Part shown: one piece after another, positions 35,201 to 47,797 of the stretch
How the letters are laid out: each line of letters opens with the position of its first letter
How positions within the stretch are numbered: the first letter of the stretch is position 1
Translations under genes and position numbers: made by a program
NCBI RefSeq assembly: GCF_963921235.1
Contig: NC_086118.1
Span: forward strand, 23,872,001-23,936,000
DNA length: 64,000 bases
Source of the DNA: Mobula hypostoma
Lineage: Eukaryota
Direction: 5' to 3'
The notes under the pieces: model-generated
Database searches by the model: none
Seen by the model: the letters and a program-made list of their open reading frames with translations, nothing else
Told to the model about the DNA's origin: nothing

Positions 35201-36572
35201 CAAAAATGACAGAAGAGAAAATTTGCTCTTTAGCACAGAGAATTGATGAAGAGATAATTAAAGGAGTGCGTATTTTTATAATTAAATATCACTAAAATGA
35301 TCTCAAGACTCATTATTGAAATTCACTCGGGTTTGGCATTTGCATTTTCCTGAAAAATTTTATGGTATCATTTAGTATGGACTGGGGTGTTCTGAGGATT
35401 AGACAATCCAAGGGAACACAGATTTGGTTCCACTCTTCCCTGCTGTTTTGATGAAACTGGTGGCAGGTGTGTCGTACTTAATCTCTGCATCCCATTCCCT
35501 GGACGCCGGCCAGTCTGAATTAGTCAGACCTTGCAGCTGCCCAGTCTCTTCAGAAGTCTTGGACACGGCAAGGTAAGGCCATGTCAGCTATGTGGAGAGA
35601 CAGTACAACTGCATTATCTATAATCCCAGCTAATTCCTCTACAGTAACACGATATTAATAGGGCAGAAATTGCGTCAGTTTCCTATTAAACAAACAGCTG
35701 ATTTGGAAACTAATGTAACTTATTTTTGCCTAGCAGACATCTGTGCTATCGTTTACAGCCACTGCAGACTTAATTACCTTTTATTATCCTGGGAAAGGTA
35801 AATAATGGAATTTGTGGAATCTGTTAATTTGTTATGGATTCCATTGTGGTTTTGAAAATGCCATTTTTATGGGGAAGTGTTTTTTAGTAATAAAGACTTG
35901 TTCAGTACTTGCTCCCTAAACTGGTTGTGTTGTAAGTTATGTGTAAAGGTACATGAAATGTACCTTTTTAAAACTTAAACATTTATTCCACTGTATTGGC
36001 ACCTTTTTTCTTAATCAACTGTGTGTGATCAAGTTTTGGAGAAATCAAACTGAAACTGAGAATTATTCCTGTCCTTGCCCAGTACAGCAGTTTAAGAATG
36101 AGGTTCAAAGAATGCTCTGCGGCTAACGAGTGGAATGGTACTCTAATGCTAGCACAGCTGGGGTGATGTTTTGAGGTTAGGATTAAGGAACATGGTGGGG
36201 GAATGGGGTGGGATGATGTTTTTTTAAATGCAGCTTCACTCAATCCACACTCTATTCAGCTTCTGGGAATGCTTCACCACACCACCGGACAAATGCTCTT
36301 TTTCAGACAAGTCTAGCACAAATGTTTGGCCAAGTACTAATGTAAAGTGCAGATTTAAAAAAAAATCCTGCAGTGTGCCTTAATTGTCAAGACTAGTTGA
36401 AGAGGGGAAAATGCATAGAATTGGTGTCTGGTCAGTGTGCCCCAATGACTTACTGTAAATAAAGACATTTCAATTGTATAAATGCCAGATTTTTTAAAAA
36501 TCCACTGATTTATAAACTGCAGCCAATGTAACTGAAGTAATTAATTCTGAGAAGACAACATGAGATACAGAA

Positions 36573-36802
36573 CACACACAAAATGCTAGAGCAACTCAGC
36601 TGGTCAGGCAGCATCTATGGAAAAGAGTACTGTCGACATTTCAGGCCCAGGGCCTTTGGCAGGATTTGAGTCTTGCCCCAAAACGTCGACTTTTTTCCAT
36701 AGATGCTGCCTGGCCTGCTGAGTTCCTCCAACATTTTGTGTTTGTGTGTGTACGCGTGTGCTGCTTTGATTTCCAATATCTGCAGATTTTCTCTTGTTTG
36801 TG
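36573..36802. mobile_element. Second Penelope-derived fold-back element with 13-bp TSD and decayed hammerhead motif
   Basis: Arms ~36573-36655 and ~36668-36750 are inverted; TSD atgagatacagaa 36560-36572 and atgaggtacagaa 36803-36815; minus strand 36666-36628 reads aatc-CTGCCAA-AGG..CCT-GAAA-TG-TC-GACAG. Confidence 0.8.
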
Positions 36803-36904
36803 ATGAGGTACAGAAAATCAGTTACGCAAAATATGAAAGTGGGTGAAGCATATAAGAGCAAACCTAAAGCAGTGTATACAAAACTGAAAATGAGCATGCA
36901 TTCA

Positions 36905-37165
36905 TTTTATTTTCCCAACATTCCCATTTACCCCTCCCACCCCCCCAAGTTCTACTACTGACCTACACTCTCGAGGCAATTTACAGTGGTCAATTAACCT
37001 ACAAATCTGCACATTTTCGGGATGTGGAAGCCAGAGCACCCCAAGGAGAACCTGAAAACACAGTGAAAACTTGAAAACTCCACAAAGACAGCACCCAACA
37101 TTAGGATTGAACCTGAGTCTCTGGAACTGAGAGGCATTTGTACTGGATATGGCACTGTGCCACAC
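36905..37165 (-). mobile_element. V-domain SINE
   Basis: gcaatttacagtggtcaattaaccta..gatgtggaagccagagcaccc..aaactccacaaagacagcaccc..ggattgaacc. Confidence 0.8.
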
Positions 37166-38009
37166 TATTTCCTGAAAAATAAAATTATCTGTGTCTGAGA
37201 AAGAGAAAGGTGTAACTACTTCAGGTGGAAATATCAACTAGGAGAGAAGAATTCAATCCAAAATAATAATTTGTCATTTTCTTCACAAACTGGCCAATTA
37301 TGTGTTTCCAACTTGTGGAATGGCATCTCTGGTTCCAGTAAAGGTACACTTGTGTCACTTTTATTGTAAAAATAATTGAAACTAGGTGACGCATATGGCT
37401 TGTTAGTAAAGTTAAATCTACGTGCGTAAAACAAATCCATGATAAAATTAACAATTGTCAACATAATTCACTGCACATTGAGGTTGAGCTTGTGGCAAAA
37501 AAGCACATGCTTTGAAGGTTTTAGTTTCTTTTCATGTCCATTTTTAGAAATTAAATGTCATCAGCGCATTAGTTTGAGAACATGTTTGACCAATTTAGAT
37601 TTTTGTGTACACTTGCTTATGTGTCTTTCAGATAGCAACATTTTACCTGTTACCAATTTGTCTTGTTTATCTCAAGTCTGATTGAATTAATCATATTGGA
37701 GATAATTATCTCATCCTTCACAATTTTTTTTGCGTAATAGACTGTGTACACTTATATCATGCCGATGACCCTCATGATTCCTCTCCTTGAAGGTAAGTCT
37801 GTTAATTCTCAAGTCTAACATTCCTCCATTTGTCTCTGCAACTTCCATTGTCCAGGTGAACTCTCAAGCTAGTGGTTCACAAAACTGTATGGATCTCTAA
37901 TTCAGCGAGTGGCCTATGATTCTGCTGTGTCTAGGTATCACAGACTGCGACTAGATTGTCAAATATAAGGAAATTATGGGTGAAAATATTCTGATGTATT
38001 TTATTTTTT

Positions 38010-38230
38010 AGGCCTTTCATCCTGATGAGCCCATGCCGCCCAATACACTCGTTGAGCAATTAACTTGCTAACCATATGTCCTTGGAATGTGGGAGGAAAC
38101 CAGAGCATCTGGAGGAAACCCATGTAGTCACAGGAAGAACATACAAACTCCTCACAGTCAGTGATGGGAAATGAACCCGGGTCACTGACTGTGTAATAGG
38201 TGTTGTGCTAACTGCTGCACTACCGTGCTA
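38010..38230 (-). mobile_element. V-domain SINE
   Basis: tgtgggaggaaaccagagcatctggaggaaacccatg..tacaaactcctcacag..tgaacccgggtc..gcactaccgtgc. Confidence 0.85.
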
Positions 38231-38559
38231 TCGATTTGAAATTTTCCTCACATGGCTGCCAAATATTGCCAACTACTTCTATTTTTACTTCGGATTTCCA
38301 TTTTCTGCAATTTCATGCTTCTGTAAATGTGATTATATCTTCACCATTTTTCATTTCCTATGAAAGTCATAGAGACAAGCAGCATGAAAAGAAACTTATC
38401 GTCTCATCATTCCCATGCAAATCCTTCAGTCCCATTTCCTGGCTGTAGTCTGCAGCTTTCCATTTCTTGGCATTTCAAATGTTCAAATAAATATTTTTTT
38501 GTCTCTTATGAGAGTGCTATTCTCCTCTATCCTCCAAGGCAGGATGTTCTAGATTTCAA

Positions 38560-38940
38560 GCTCCATCTGAATGAAAAAATAATCTTCAAACCCCTTTCAA
38601 ATTTCCTACAATTATTTAAAAATAATTTCCTCTGATAACAGAACTTTTGCTCAGAAGAAAAGCTTTTCCAATAACTTCCCCATTTATACTCCTCATGTTT
38701 ATTTTTATATGCCTGATTTAGGTCAGTATTTAACCTTCTTTACTTCATAGTAAATAAACCCAATCTACAGAGTCTCTCCTTGTGACTGAAACATTCCATC
38801 CCAGGCAACATCCAAATGAACAGCTTCTGAAAACACATCAATGTAACCACTTTCTTGCTAATAATGTGGTGAACAAAACAGTGCATAAAATTCCAGCTGT
38901 GAACAAGTTGATGTAGTACTGAAGAGAGGATGCTCACCAG
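38560..38940 (-). mobile_element. Old CR1 3' fragment
   Basis: ORF 38740-38937 MLPGMECFSHKERLCRLGLFTM. Confidence 0.65.
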
Positions 38941-39579
38941 CTTTGTTCATTTGAGTTGCTCAAATTCAATAAGAGTTTGAGTTCCTGTCAGCCTACTTCA
39001 TTCTTATCTGACTGAAGAATGTGTTTAATAGATTTCTCAAGTGTGCTTTAGAATCTGGGAAATCTGTTTAGATCAAATATTGACTGCTTCATCACCAATA
39101 TATTTTAGAAAAAAAAATGGGTAACAGTAAAATGAAACAGCATTCCCAAAGAGTTCAGAGGCTGTATTCTGAAGTTCAGCCTGCCTGGACTGGTATCCAG
39201 CTGTTCATCTCCTGCTTCCCACTGATTATTACAGCACCATGTTGAGTGGCAATTTTGTAAACATAGGCATGTCCAGAAGAAGCTTCCATGTGCTTATGAA
39301 ATGTTTACCTTGTTTGAATGATTCCTCCATTAAGATCCACCAATTGACATCTGGAAACTTGACCTCAATAAATTAAAGTCTCAAAGCATTTAGCACCAAA
39401 AGACAACACAAAGCTTCAGACAAGACTGAGCGCATCCTTTGTCAACATGCAATCACGTTCCCACTACAAATTCCAGGCAAAATTTTGTCAACTTTGATTA
39501 TTTTCCAAATATTTGATTAGACCTATTCGTTTTTGTCCATATGTTATTTATTTTTGGTTTTTGAGAAAACGTGCTTTAT

Positions 39580-39765
39580 ATAGATAGATACTTCATTGAT
39601 CCCAAAGGAATTTACAGTGTCACAGCAGCATTACAAGTGCACAAATATACAAATATTAGAAAAGAAGTAATAAAAAAAAGTTACCTCAAACAGTCTAACA
39701 AAAGGTGGTCATTACTTCCCCAGCCATAGGTTGACTCAATATAGAACCTAATGGCTGAGGATATA
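39580..39765 (-). mobile_element. Short Rex1-type 3' tail fragment
   Basis: tagatagatacttcattgatcccaaagga, the same tail type as 14821-14880 and 30284-30340. Confidence 0.6.
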
Positions 39766-40899
39766 GAGTATTCTGTTTCACAAGGATGTATTCACATTCT
39801 ACACAGTAAAAGGGGTTATACGTCTTTGTAGAAATCATTACTGGCTATTTTTTCTCAAAAGCATATTTATTTAAACATAGCCTATTTTACAAGATCTTGT
39901 TAGTATTGTGACTCTATATCATGGGCATTTGACCTGCATAGCTGTGCATGGTAGGGGAAAAACCCACAGGTTTTCAACCAAACTTCTTGCTTCTTAACAC
40001 ACATCATCTCTTCTGCATGATATCTTTCAGTAAGCTGGTTCCTAGTGATAAGCCAGTGGCATTTTTTCGCAGCCAGTCCCTAATCAGGAATTATCATAAG
40101 AAAGTGCAGGCATCCATCAACCTTTTACCACAGTGATTTATGTTCAAAGTTAGGATTATTTATTCAGCTGAAAATCCCTTCAAACAACAAACTGGATAAA
40201 AGAGCATCGCTCTCTGGATTAGCTTGCTCACATAATAAATTGAGAAAATAGGTTCCGGCAACAAAATGACAGGCTGTCTTTATCTTTGAACTGCTTCAGC
40301 TGTTTAATTTGTTGGTGTCTGTTCTTTTATCCTTCCTGACTGTGAGCACATGGAAACTCTTTGACTGTCTTAAATGACATACCAGCACAACGCAACATGC
40401 CTGCCCGGGTTTTGGCTGTGCTACATAAAGCCTGAGGTTTTAATTTTGAGTTGAATACTGTGAGATAAAATTGTACATTTAGCAGGCTAAACAACTGGAA
40501 TCTGATTAAGATCCCGAATGGGAAATGAGCCCCAACAAAACATTAAGGAGCCTTTGAGAAATGCTCAGAGACCTGACCTGCTCTTCTTGAATCAGATGGA
40601 GTCTGCAGTATTCATTGTTGTTCAAAACTTACTGAACAGTATTATCCTTTAAAACTTCTCCCAAGCCACAGAAACTTGTTTCAATGAACTACTTTAGGGG
40701 TTTTTCTGCACTTTGCCACTGCAGAGAAATTGAAATGTAAAAATAATTTGTATTAAAATGGAATTATAAGAAGGTACAGCATATGATGAATGCAAGGAGA
40801 GGAAGAAGGAATTGATTTACACGCATAATGGAACCTTATACAGTTTAAAATGCTTCAAATATAACATTACTCAGCAGCTCTTTGAAAGATACATCAAAT

Positions 40900-41110
40900 C
40901 AATCAGTAAGCATTGTGGCTAAATCAGAAAACAATGTCTCTGAAATCTTTTACTGTTATAAATGTAAGCATGCCAACTGTTAGATATGTGCAAAGATCCC
41001 TCAGTTAGCAAGGAGGCAAATCAATTATCACATAGTTTTCACTAAGCTGAGAATATTTGTCTAGATACCAAAGAACCCCGTTCTTAAAAGGTTATCCAAA
41101 GTTTTTATTA
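40900..41110 (-). mobile_element. Highly degraded Deu-domain SINE relic
   Basis: Loose match by eye to the reverse complement of the Deu-domain consensus as I recall it (ctgttataaatgta..aagatccc..aatatttgtctagatacc..gaacccc). Confidence 0.35.
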
Positions 41111-41384
41111 TCCTTTTTGCTCTTGTGTTTAGAAACATGAGAAACTTGGTACGTTCAGTATTGCAGTATTTTGCAATAACTAACATTTACATACCATGTG
41201 AAATGTTCTAATTGTGTTTCTTTGGTGCTTAAATATATTATAAGTTTATTTCCAAGTCACTGACATTTATGAAACCTAGTTATTATTTTCACCTCTCCTT
41301 TGATCACTCATTTTTTTTTTGGTTTTTTTTTGAAATGAGCATATTAATTCTTTTGTGTTGCTGCTCATGGTACTGATCTTATTT

Positions 41385-41765
41385 TTTTGAATAGAGGTCA
41401 TAGGTTCAAGTCCTGTTCCAGAAACCTGAGCATAAAATCTAAACTGACACCTGAGTGCAGATCTGTTACACTGATGGAATGCTACGCCTACGGAGAGGCT
41501 TTCTCTAACCTGAGGGCATTAAATCAAGGTCCTACCTACCCTGTCAGTTCCCACCATACCACTTTGATCGGCGTTCTCTCCAGTGCCACGGCCAGTCATT
41601 GTCCCTCAACCAATAGACCTGATCATGGCCTGGTGGAGGAAACATGTGAGTGACAATTAAATCCAACATAATTTAACAGTGTTACACATAAAGCTATCGA
41701 AAACTGTATTAAACATACTAAAGTTGCAAAAGGCATCAGATAAGCACACATGACTCCATTCTTTG
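41385..41765 (+). mobile_element. Deu-domain SINE (SacSINE1/AmnSINE1-related), degraded
   Basis: ggttcaagtcc..cagaaacctgagcataaaatctaaactgacac..gtgcag..ttaaatcaagg..gttctctccagtgccacggccagt..tccctcaaccaa follows the recalled DeuSINE layout. Confidence 0.65.
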
Positions 41766-41929
41766 GTTTCTTTCGTTCCTTTCATATTGACCCTGAACAC
41801 ATAGCCCAGAGATGATCAGTTTTTTTAAGTGCTTAAAAGAAGATGCAGCCAGATGAAATTCATGAGATTTTCCAATGATTGCAATGCCAACAATTACTTC
41901 TTTTATATTTATACCATCATTAAAGGGTT

Positions 41930-42230
41930 ATCAGTTAGAAAATCTAAGCCTTTAGAAATTTGAGTATTTGACAAAGAGGGTGAAGAAAGGATAACTAGTA
42001 GATGTGGTCTATTTGAATTTCTAGAAGGCATTCAATACAATGCTACATAAAAATGTTTTTTTTTGCACAAGCTAAGAACACACAGGGTTTGACTGTCCTG
42101 CATAGGAAATTGACCAACTAACAAGAAAAAAAGTTGGGATAAATAAATCCTACTGAGATTGGAAGTCAACGCCTTATGAGGTGTCACGCAGTCCTGTGGC
42201 CTTAATTATTTATATTCTAAACTTCAGCTA
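41930..42230 (+). mobile_element. Old CR1 RT fragment
   Basis: gtagatgtggtctatttgaatttctagaaggcattcaata (VDVVYLDFQKAFD-like). Confidence 0.65.
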
Positions 42231-42239
42231 TGATCTTAT

Positions 42240-43128
42240 GAATCAGAATCAGAATCAGGTTTATTATCACTGGCATGTGTCATGAAATTTGTTAACTTAG
42301 CAGCGGCAGTTCAATGCAATACATAATATAGAAGAAGAGAAAAAAGTAATAATAATAGTAATAAATAATTAAGTAAATCAATTACAGTATACGTATATTG
42401 AATAGATTAAAAATCATATAAAAATACAGAAATTCAGACTGTGGTTGGCATGGCAGGGAGAGTTTTTCTTCCTTCTCCCCTCTGCGTGAGATGTGGGACA
42501 TTTGAGAGACCTCGAACTTTTACTGGGCTCATGGACTTCTTCATCAAGTTATGGTATTGTTGCACTGTTGTAGCTATATGTTATAATTATGTGGTTTTGT
42601 CAGTTTTTTCAGTCTTGGTCTGTCCTGTGTTTTGTGATGTCACACCGGAGGAAATATTGTATCATTTCTTAATGCGTGCATTACTAAATGACAATGTAAG
42701 AGGACTACGGGTCTTCATAATCTAAAATAATGCATATTAAAAAAGTGAGGTCGTGTTCACTGATCCAATGTCCATTCACAAATCCTATGGCAGAGGGGGA
42801 GAAGCTGTTCCTGAATCACTGAGTGTGGGGCTTCAGGCTTCTGTACCTCCTACTTGATGGTAACAGTGAGAAAAGGGCATGGCCTGGGTGCTGGAGGTCC
42901 TTAATAATGGACTCTACCTTTCTGAGACACCACTCCTTGAAGATGTCCTGGGTACTTTGTAGGCTAGTACCCACGATGGAGCTGACTAAATTTTCAAACC
43001 TCTGCAGCTTCTTTCGGTCCTGTGCAGTAGACCACCGCCACCCCCCACCCCCGCCCAACTCCATACCAGACAGTGATCCAGCCTGTCAGAATGCTCTCCA
43101 CGGTACATTAATAGAATTTTTTGAGTGA
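42240..43128 (-). mobile_element. Rex1/Babar-like 3' fragment with (TTCTGA)n tail
   Basis: ORF 42816-43064 AQDRKKLQR..IIKDLQHPGHALFSLLPSSRRYRSLK; possible TSD atgatcttat at 42230-42239 and 43129-43138. Confidence 0.9.
42435..42725 (+). mobile_element. Non-coding retroposon 'family A', copy 3 (5'-truncated), nested in a Rex1 3' UTR
   Basis: Matches 24720-25010. Confidence 0.85.
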
Positions 43129-43174
43129 ATGATCTTATTGACTTAATGATCTTATTAAATGATTTTATTGACTT

Positions 43175-44820
43175 ACTCCTCCACCTCACCGCAACCAGTG
43201 GAGGTTCCCACCTGCTTCAAAAGGGCAGCAATCATTCTGGTGCCCAAGAAGAGCAAGGAGAGCTGCCTCAACAACTTTTGACAAGTTACACACACATCTA
43301 CTCTGCTAAAATGCATTGAGAGGTTGGTCATGGCTAGAACCGACTTCTGCCTAAACAAGGACCTGGATCCGCTGCACTTCGTCAACTGCCACTATAGGTT
43401 TGCAGCAGAAGCCACTTCACTGGTTCTCCACTCTGTCTTGGACCATCAATACCTACATCAGACTTCTTCTTATTGTTTACATCTCAGCATTCACCACGAT
43501 CTTACCTCCAGTTCTAATCAACTTAGGCCTCTGTTCCTCCCTTTGCAACTGTATCCTTGACTTCCTCATTAGGAGACCACAGTAAGTGTGGACCTGAAAT
43601 AACATCTCTTCTTCACTGACAATCAACACAGGCACACCTCAAGGATGTGTGCTCTACTCGTTCTACAGCCATGACTGCGTGGCTAGGCACAGCTCAAATG
43701 GCATCTAGAAATTCACCATTGACAATTGCTGTTGGCAGAAATTCAGATCGCAAATAAGAGTGGGATAGATCTGTTGGCTGAGTGGTGTCACAACGCAACC
43801 TTGCACTCAACATCAGTAAGACCAAGGAATTGAATGTGGACCAGGGAAGGGGAAATTGAGGGAACACACACCAGTCCTTATCGTGGGATCAGCAGTGGAA
43901 AGGGTGAGCAGTTTCAAGTTCCTGGGTGCCAACATCTTTGAAGATCAGTCCTGGGTCCAACGTGTGTGTCTGTCTAGGTACCATAACCGATGCAGATGTT
44001 GGTGACCATGATTTTCCATATAGATCTATCCCTCATTCTTTGGATGACTTCCATTTCCTCGATGTGTAGCCACCTGGCTATGCTTTTGATGTACATAATC
44101 CAAGGTCTTCCTCTCGGTTTGCTCCCCTCAATCTTTCCAGAGAGTATGAGTTTGCCCAACATACCGATGCAAACAAGTGTCTATGCTTCATTAGGAGTTT
44201 GAGAATACAGTACTCAGTATGTCTTTAAGTACTCTTAACAGATTTCAGCAGATGTACTTTTGAGAGCACTCTACCTGGTTGCATTACCAAGTATGGAAAT
44301 GCTAGAAAAAGCTACAGAGGGTTATAGACCTCAGTGAGTTCCATGTCTAACCTCTCCACTGTCTGCATCACTGCTTAGTATGGAGGCTCTAAAGCACAAG
44401 ATCATGAGGCTTCAGAGAACTGTAGACTCAACCAGCCCCATCACGACCTTAAGTCGCCCCATCACTGAGGACATCTTCAAAAGCTGATGCCTCTGAAAGG
44501 TGGCATCCATTATTAAGGACTCCCATCACCCAGGACGTGCTCTCTTCTCATTGGTGCCATCTGAGAGGAGGTACAGGAGTCTGAAGACACACACCAAATG
44601 TTTTAGGAACAGCTTCTTCCCTTCCACCATCAGATTTATAAACAGTCCATGAATCCATGGACACTGTACCAATATTTTCCTCTCTTCGTTTGCTCTATTT
44701 ATTTATTTCTACATTTCTTATTGTAACTTAAAATATATTTTTGTGTCGCCCTGTGCTGCTGCCACAAACAGCAAACTTCACGACATATGTCCGTGATAAT
44801 AAACCTAATTCTGATTCTGT
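43175..44820 (+). mobile_element. Rex1/Babar-like LINE, 5'-truncated and degraded
   Basis: VPTCFKRAAIILVPKK at ~43204; GTPQGCV at ~43630; tail aataaacctaattctgattctg at ~44798-44819. Confidence 0.9.
43962..44155 (-). mobile_element. RTE-clade LINE extreme 3' fragment nested in Rex1
   Basis: ORF 43974-44162 LILSGKIEGSKPRGRP..YIKSI..MRDRSIW; short microsatellite tail; ccaac repeated at 43957-43961 and 44156-44160. Confidence 0.85.
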
Positions 44821-44879
44821 TTATCAGATTATTCCATCCTCTTTCCTTCTTCATATACATCATATTTTAAATTATGGAT

Positions 44880-45450
44880 TGAATACAGGAGCAGAGATGG
44901 CTTGCTGCAATTAAGTAGAGCCCTACTGAGACAATACTTTGAATGCACATCTTGCATCCTCCTACCAGAGGAAGGGTATATTTGTGACAATTTGCTGGGT
45001 TGATTCCAGGGTTGGTAGATTTGTCATATGTGGTGAAATGAAACAGAATGAGCCACAAGTTCAGGAGAATGGTAACGGAAGCAGGGGAGGAGGGGTGTTG
45101 GGATCTCACTGAAACAAACAAAATCTTTATGGTGCTTGACAAGATAGGAGGTGGGTTGAAGAACTGATGTTTTCCTGGCTGGGGTCACAATCTTAAAATA
45201 AGGGGTCAGTCATTCAGGACAGAGATGAGATAATATCTCTTCAGCCAGAGGGTGAAAAATTCTCTGAACAAGATGTCTGCAACTTTAGTGACTGAGTATA
45301 CTTAAGACAGGGGTCAATACTGCATCAAGGGACATGAAGTTAATGCATAAAATTGGTACCTGATAGAAGATCAGCCATAATTGTATTGGAATACAGAGAA
45401 GGCACAAGGGCCAAATGGCCAACTCTGGCATTTATTTCCCGTGTTATTAA
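44880..45450 (+). mobile_element. Degraded CR1 3' fragment
   Basis: ggattgaatacaggagcagaga..ggggtcacaatcttaaaataagggg..ggccaaatggcc. Confidence 0.7.
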
Positions 45451-46510
45451 GCATGTTAGGTACCAATAAGATAAGACTATTGGCTCTACACCAAAATAAA
45501 AATCTTGAATTCCCGGCTATGCTTGAAAGAGTACTATTTTTACATTGTCTTCATAAAATACAATCACATATTAATTATCATTGAAGTATCATTTTAGTTC
45601 CATCAACAGCAACATTTTGGATTTAATTATAATGTTTGCATATCAATATATTTTATAGGTACATGTTCAAAAGCTAGATGGCAAGTCAAACAAGAAACTA
45701 TGAGAAAGGTTAACCTTTAAGTTGTCTTGGAAGTTCTTAGAAAGTTACCTGAAGAACAGACTTAATGGGCAGACGTAATGAATTTGCCTCTGTGATCTTG
45801 GGTAGCTGGAAACAAATAAAGATCAAAAGGAACAGATCCACTATGTATGAAAATGATGGGCCGTAAAACACAAACATCAGATTTTTAATCCGCAGAAATG
45901 CCTCAATATCAGCTTCATGGTTGAACCTTGTATCCTTGTGATAAAGCTCTGCTTTAACATGAAATTGTGTTCCAGATTAACCTCAGCTATGCAATTTAAG
46001 GTCCTAAAGTATGTGTAATATTCCCTCTCGGCTCTTTCTATATAAGGCTAATGAGCTGTAGTTTCTGCAGTTCTTTTCATAATCAAATTTATTAGCAACT
46101 GTGAAGAATGAAATATAAGGAATAGTGACTGGTTTCATCAAGCTTTAGTTTTAAAACCCAGAGGATTTTTAAAAAGAACAAAAAGTCTGCAAGGGGAAGA
46201 GATGTCATGTTTCTATAAACAAAAATTGATTAGGTGTGAAAGTTCTACAAAAAAAGAGGATAACTTTAAAGAACAGAAAGCCTTTTAGTGTTCATGGAAT
46301 AGAAAAAGATGAAAATAGATAAGTTTTAATCTGAGCTGCTGGCAACTATTGTTGGACTTATAATATTACAGAGGGCTGTTGAGATAAGCAGCTTGGACAG
46401 AAAGATATCCATTAATTGTGGACGGTAGCAGTCTTTTCCCCAGGACAGAGGACTTCAAAACTAAAGAGCATAGATTTAGCATGAGAGGGGAAAGATTTAA
46501 AATGGACTTC

Positions 46511-47797
46511 AGACATTCGGGAATGGGACCAACTCTCAGGGCCTCACAACTGGCCACTTTTTGATGTTCCAAGGATGCGGCCTGGAAGGTGAGCGTGTCT
46601 TCAGGGTTCTGGATTTTCGTGGCTCTGGGGACATGCTGATTCTAGGCTGGTACCCCTGACTGAAGCGTCGTGGGAGAACACGGAACATCAGGAGCAGCGG
46701 ATTAGCAGCTGGAGATTGTGTGTCCCGAGAGCTGCCTTTCTGGTGCCGACTCTCTGGGTGCGGAGTTCGGAAAAATCAATTCTGATTTGATGGAAATGGA
46801 AGTGAGAGTACAGAGGAACATCTGGAAAACTTCTGAAGTGCCCACTTCGCTGCCGCTGCTACTGTGTGGTAACCAGAATCGCCGGAGCAGAAGGACCCGA
46901 ATCTTTGGCTTTGATTGTTTCGGCGGCCGGGGCAAGGTTGAAGGTGCTCGGCAGAGGATGGCGCTCGGGAGGCTGTATTGAAGGGGCTGATTGGAGGCTC
47001 GAAGTTTTCGGACGGACGGACTCAGTGTCGGCTGCTTTCAAGGCATCGGCAAGTTGACGGTGCCTGGAGGTTTATGGCAGGGAGTTTCTCCCTTTTGCTG
47101 CCGCTATCGGGCACTCAGGAGTCGATCGACTCGGGGATTTTGAGACTTTTTTTTACCATGCCCATGCTTTGTTCTTCATCAAATTATGGTCTTGCTTTGC
47201 ACTGCTGTAACTATATGTTATAACTATGTGGTTCTGCCAGTGTTAGTCTTTGGTTTATCCTGTTTTCTGTGATATCACTCCAGAGCAACATTGTATCATT
47301 TCTTAATGCATGTATGCATTTCTAAATGACAATAAAAGAGGACTGAGTGTTCTCATAATCTAAAAAAAAACAGACCTTCCACATCATAAATCAGTGAGTT
47401 GTTTGTTATGTCTCCCCTTCACTGTGAAAAGGAGACACCTCTTTTCCCCTTACTAGGGGGAGAGAGAGGGAAAGCCCATGGTATATCGAATGACTGGGTG
47501 AACGAGTAGTTTTTGGGGTACTGCAAGTCTGTGTTTTTATTGATGCTTTGCTGCACGCTTGAGTGCTCGGTGGAGAGTATTGATGCTTTTTTGGTGGTGG
47601 GGGCGGTCGTTGCCTTACTGCTGTTTGTGCTTGGGAGGGGGGAGCTGCGGGGGGGCTCTGAGGTGCTAATGTTTTAGCTGTCATTCATTCTTTGGAGCAC
47701 TCCTCTGTTTTTGAGGATGTCTGTGAAGAAAAAGACTTTCAAGATGTATATTGTATACATTCCTCAGACATTAAATGTAGCTACTGAAGCCTATTGA
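46511..47797 (+). mobile_element. Non-coding retroposon 'family B' (46511-46775 and 47371-47797), split by family A copy 4
   Basis: GC-rich non-coding insert interrupting CR1, ending attaaa..ctactgaagcctattga; family identity not determined. Confidence 0.55.
46776..47370 (+). mobile_element. Non-coding retroposon 'family A', copy 4 (divergent variant)
   Basis: caattctgatttgatgga..gaacatctgga..gaagttttcgga..aatgacaataaaagaggactgagtgttctcataatcta. Confidence 0.85.
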
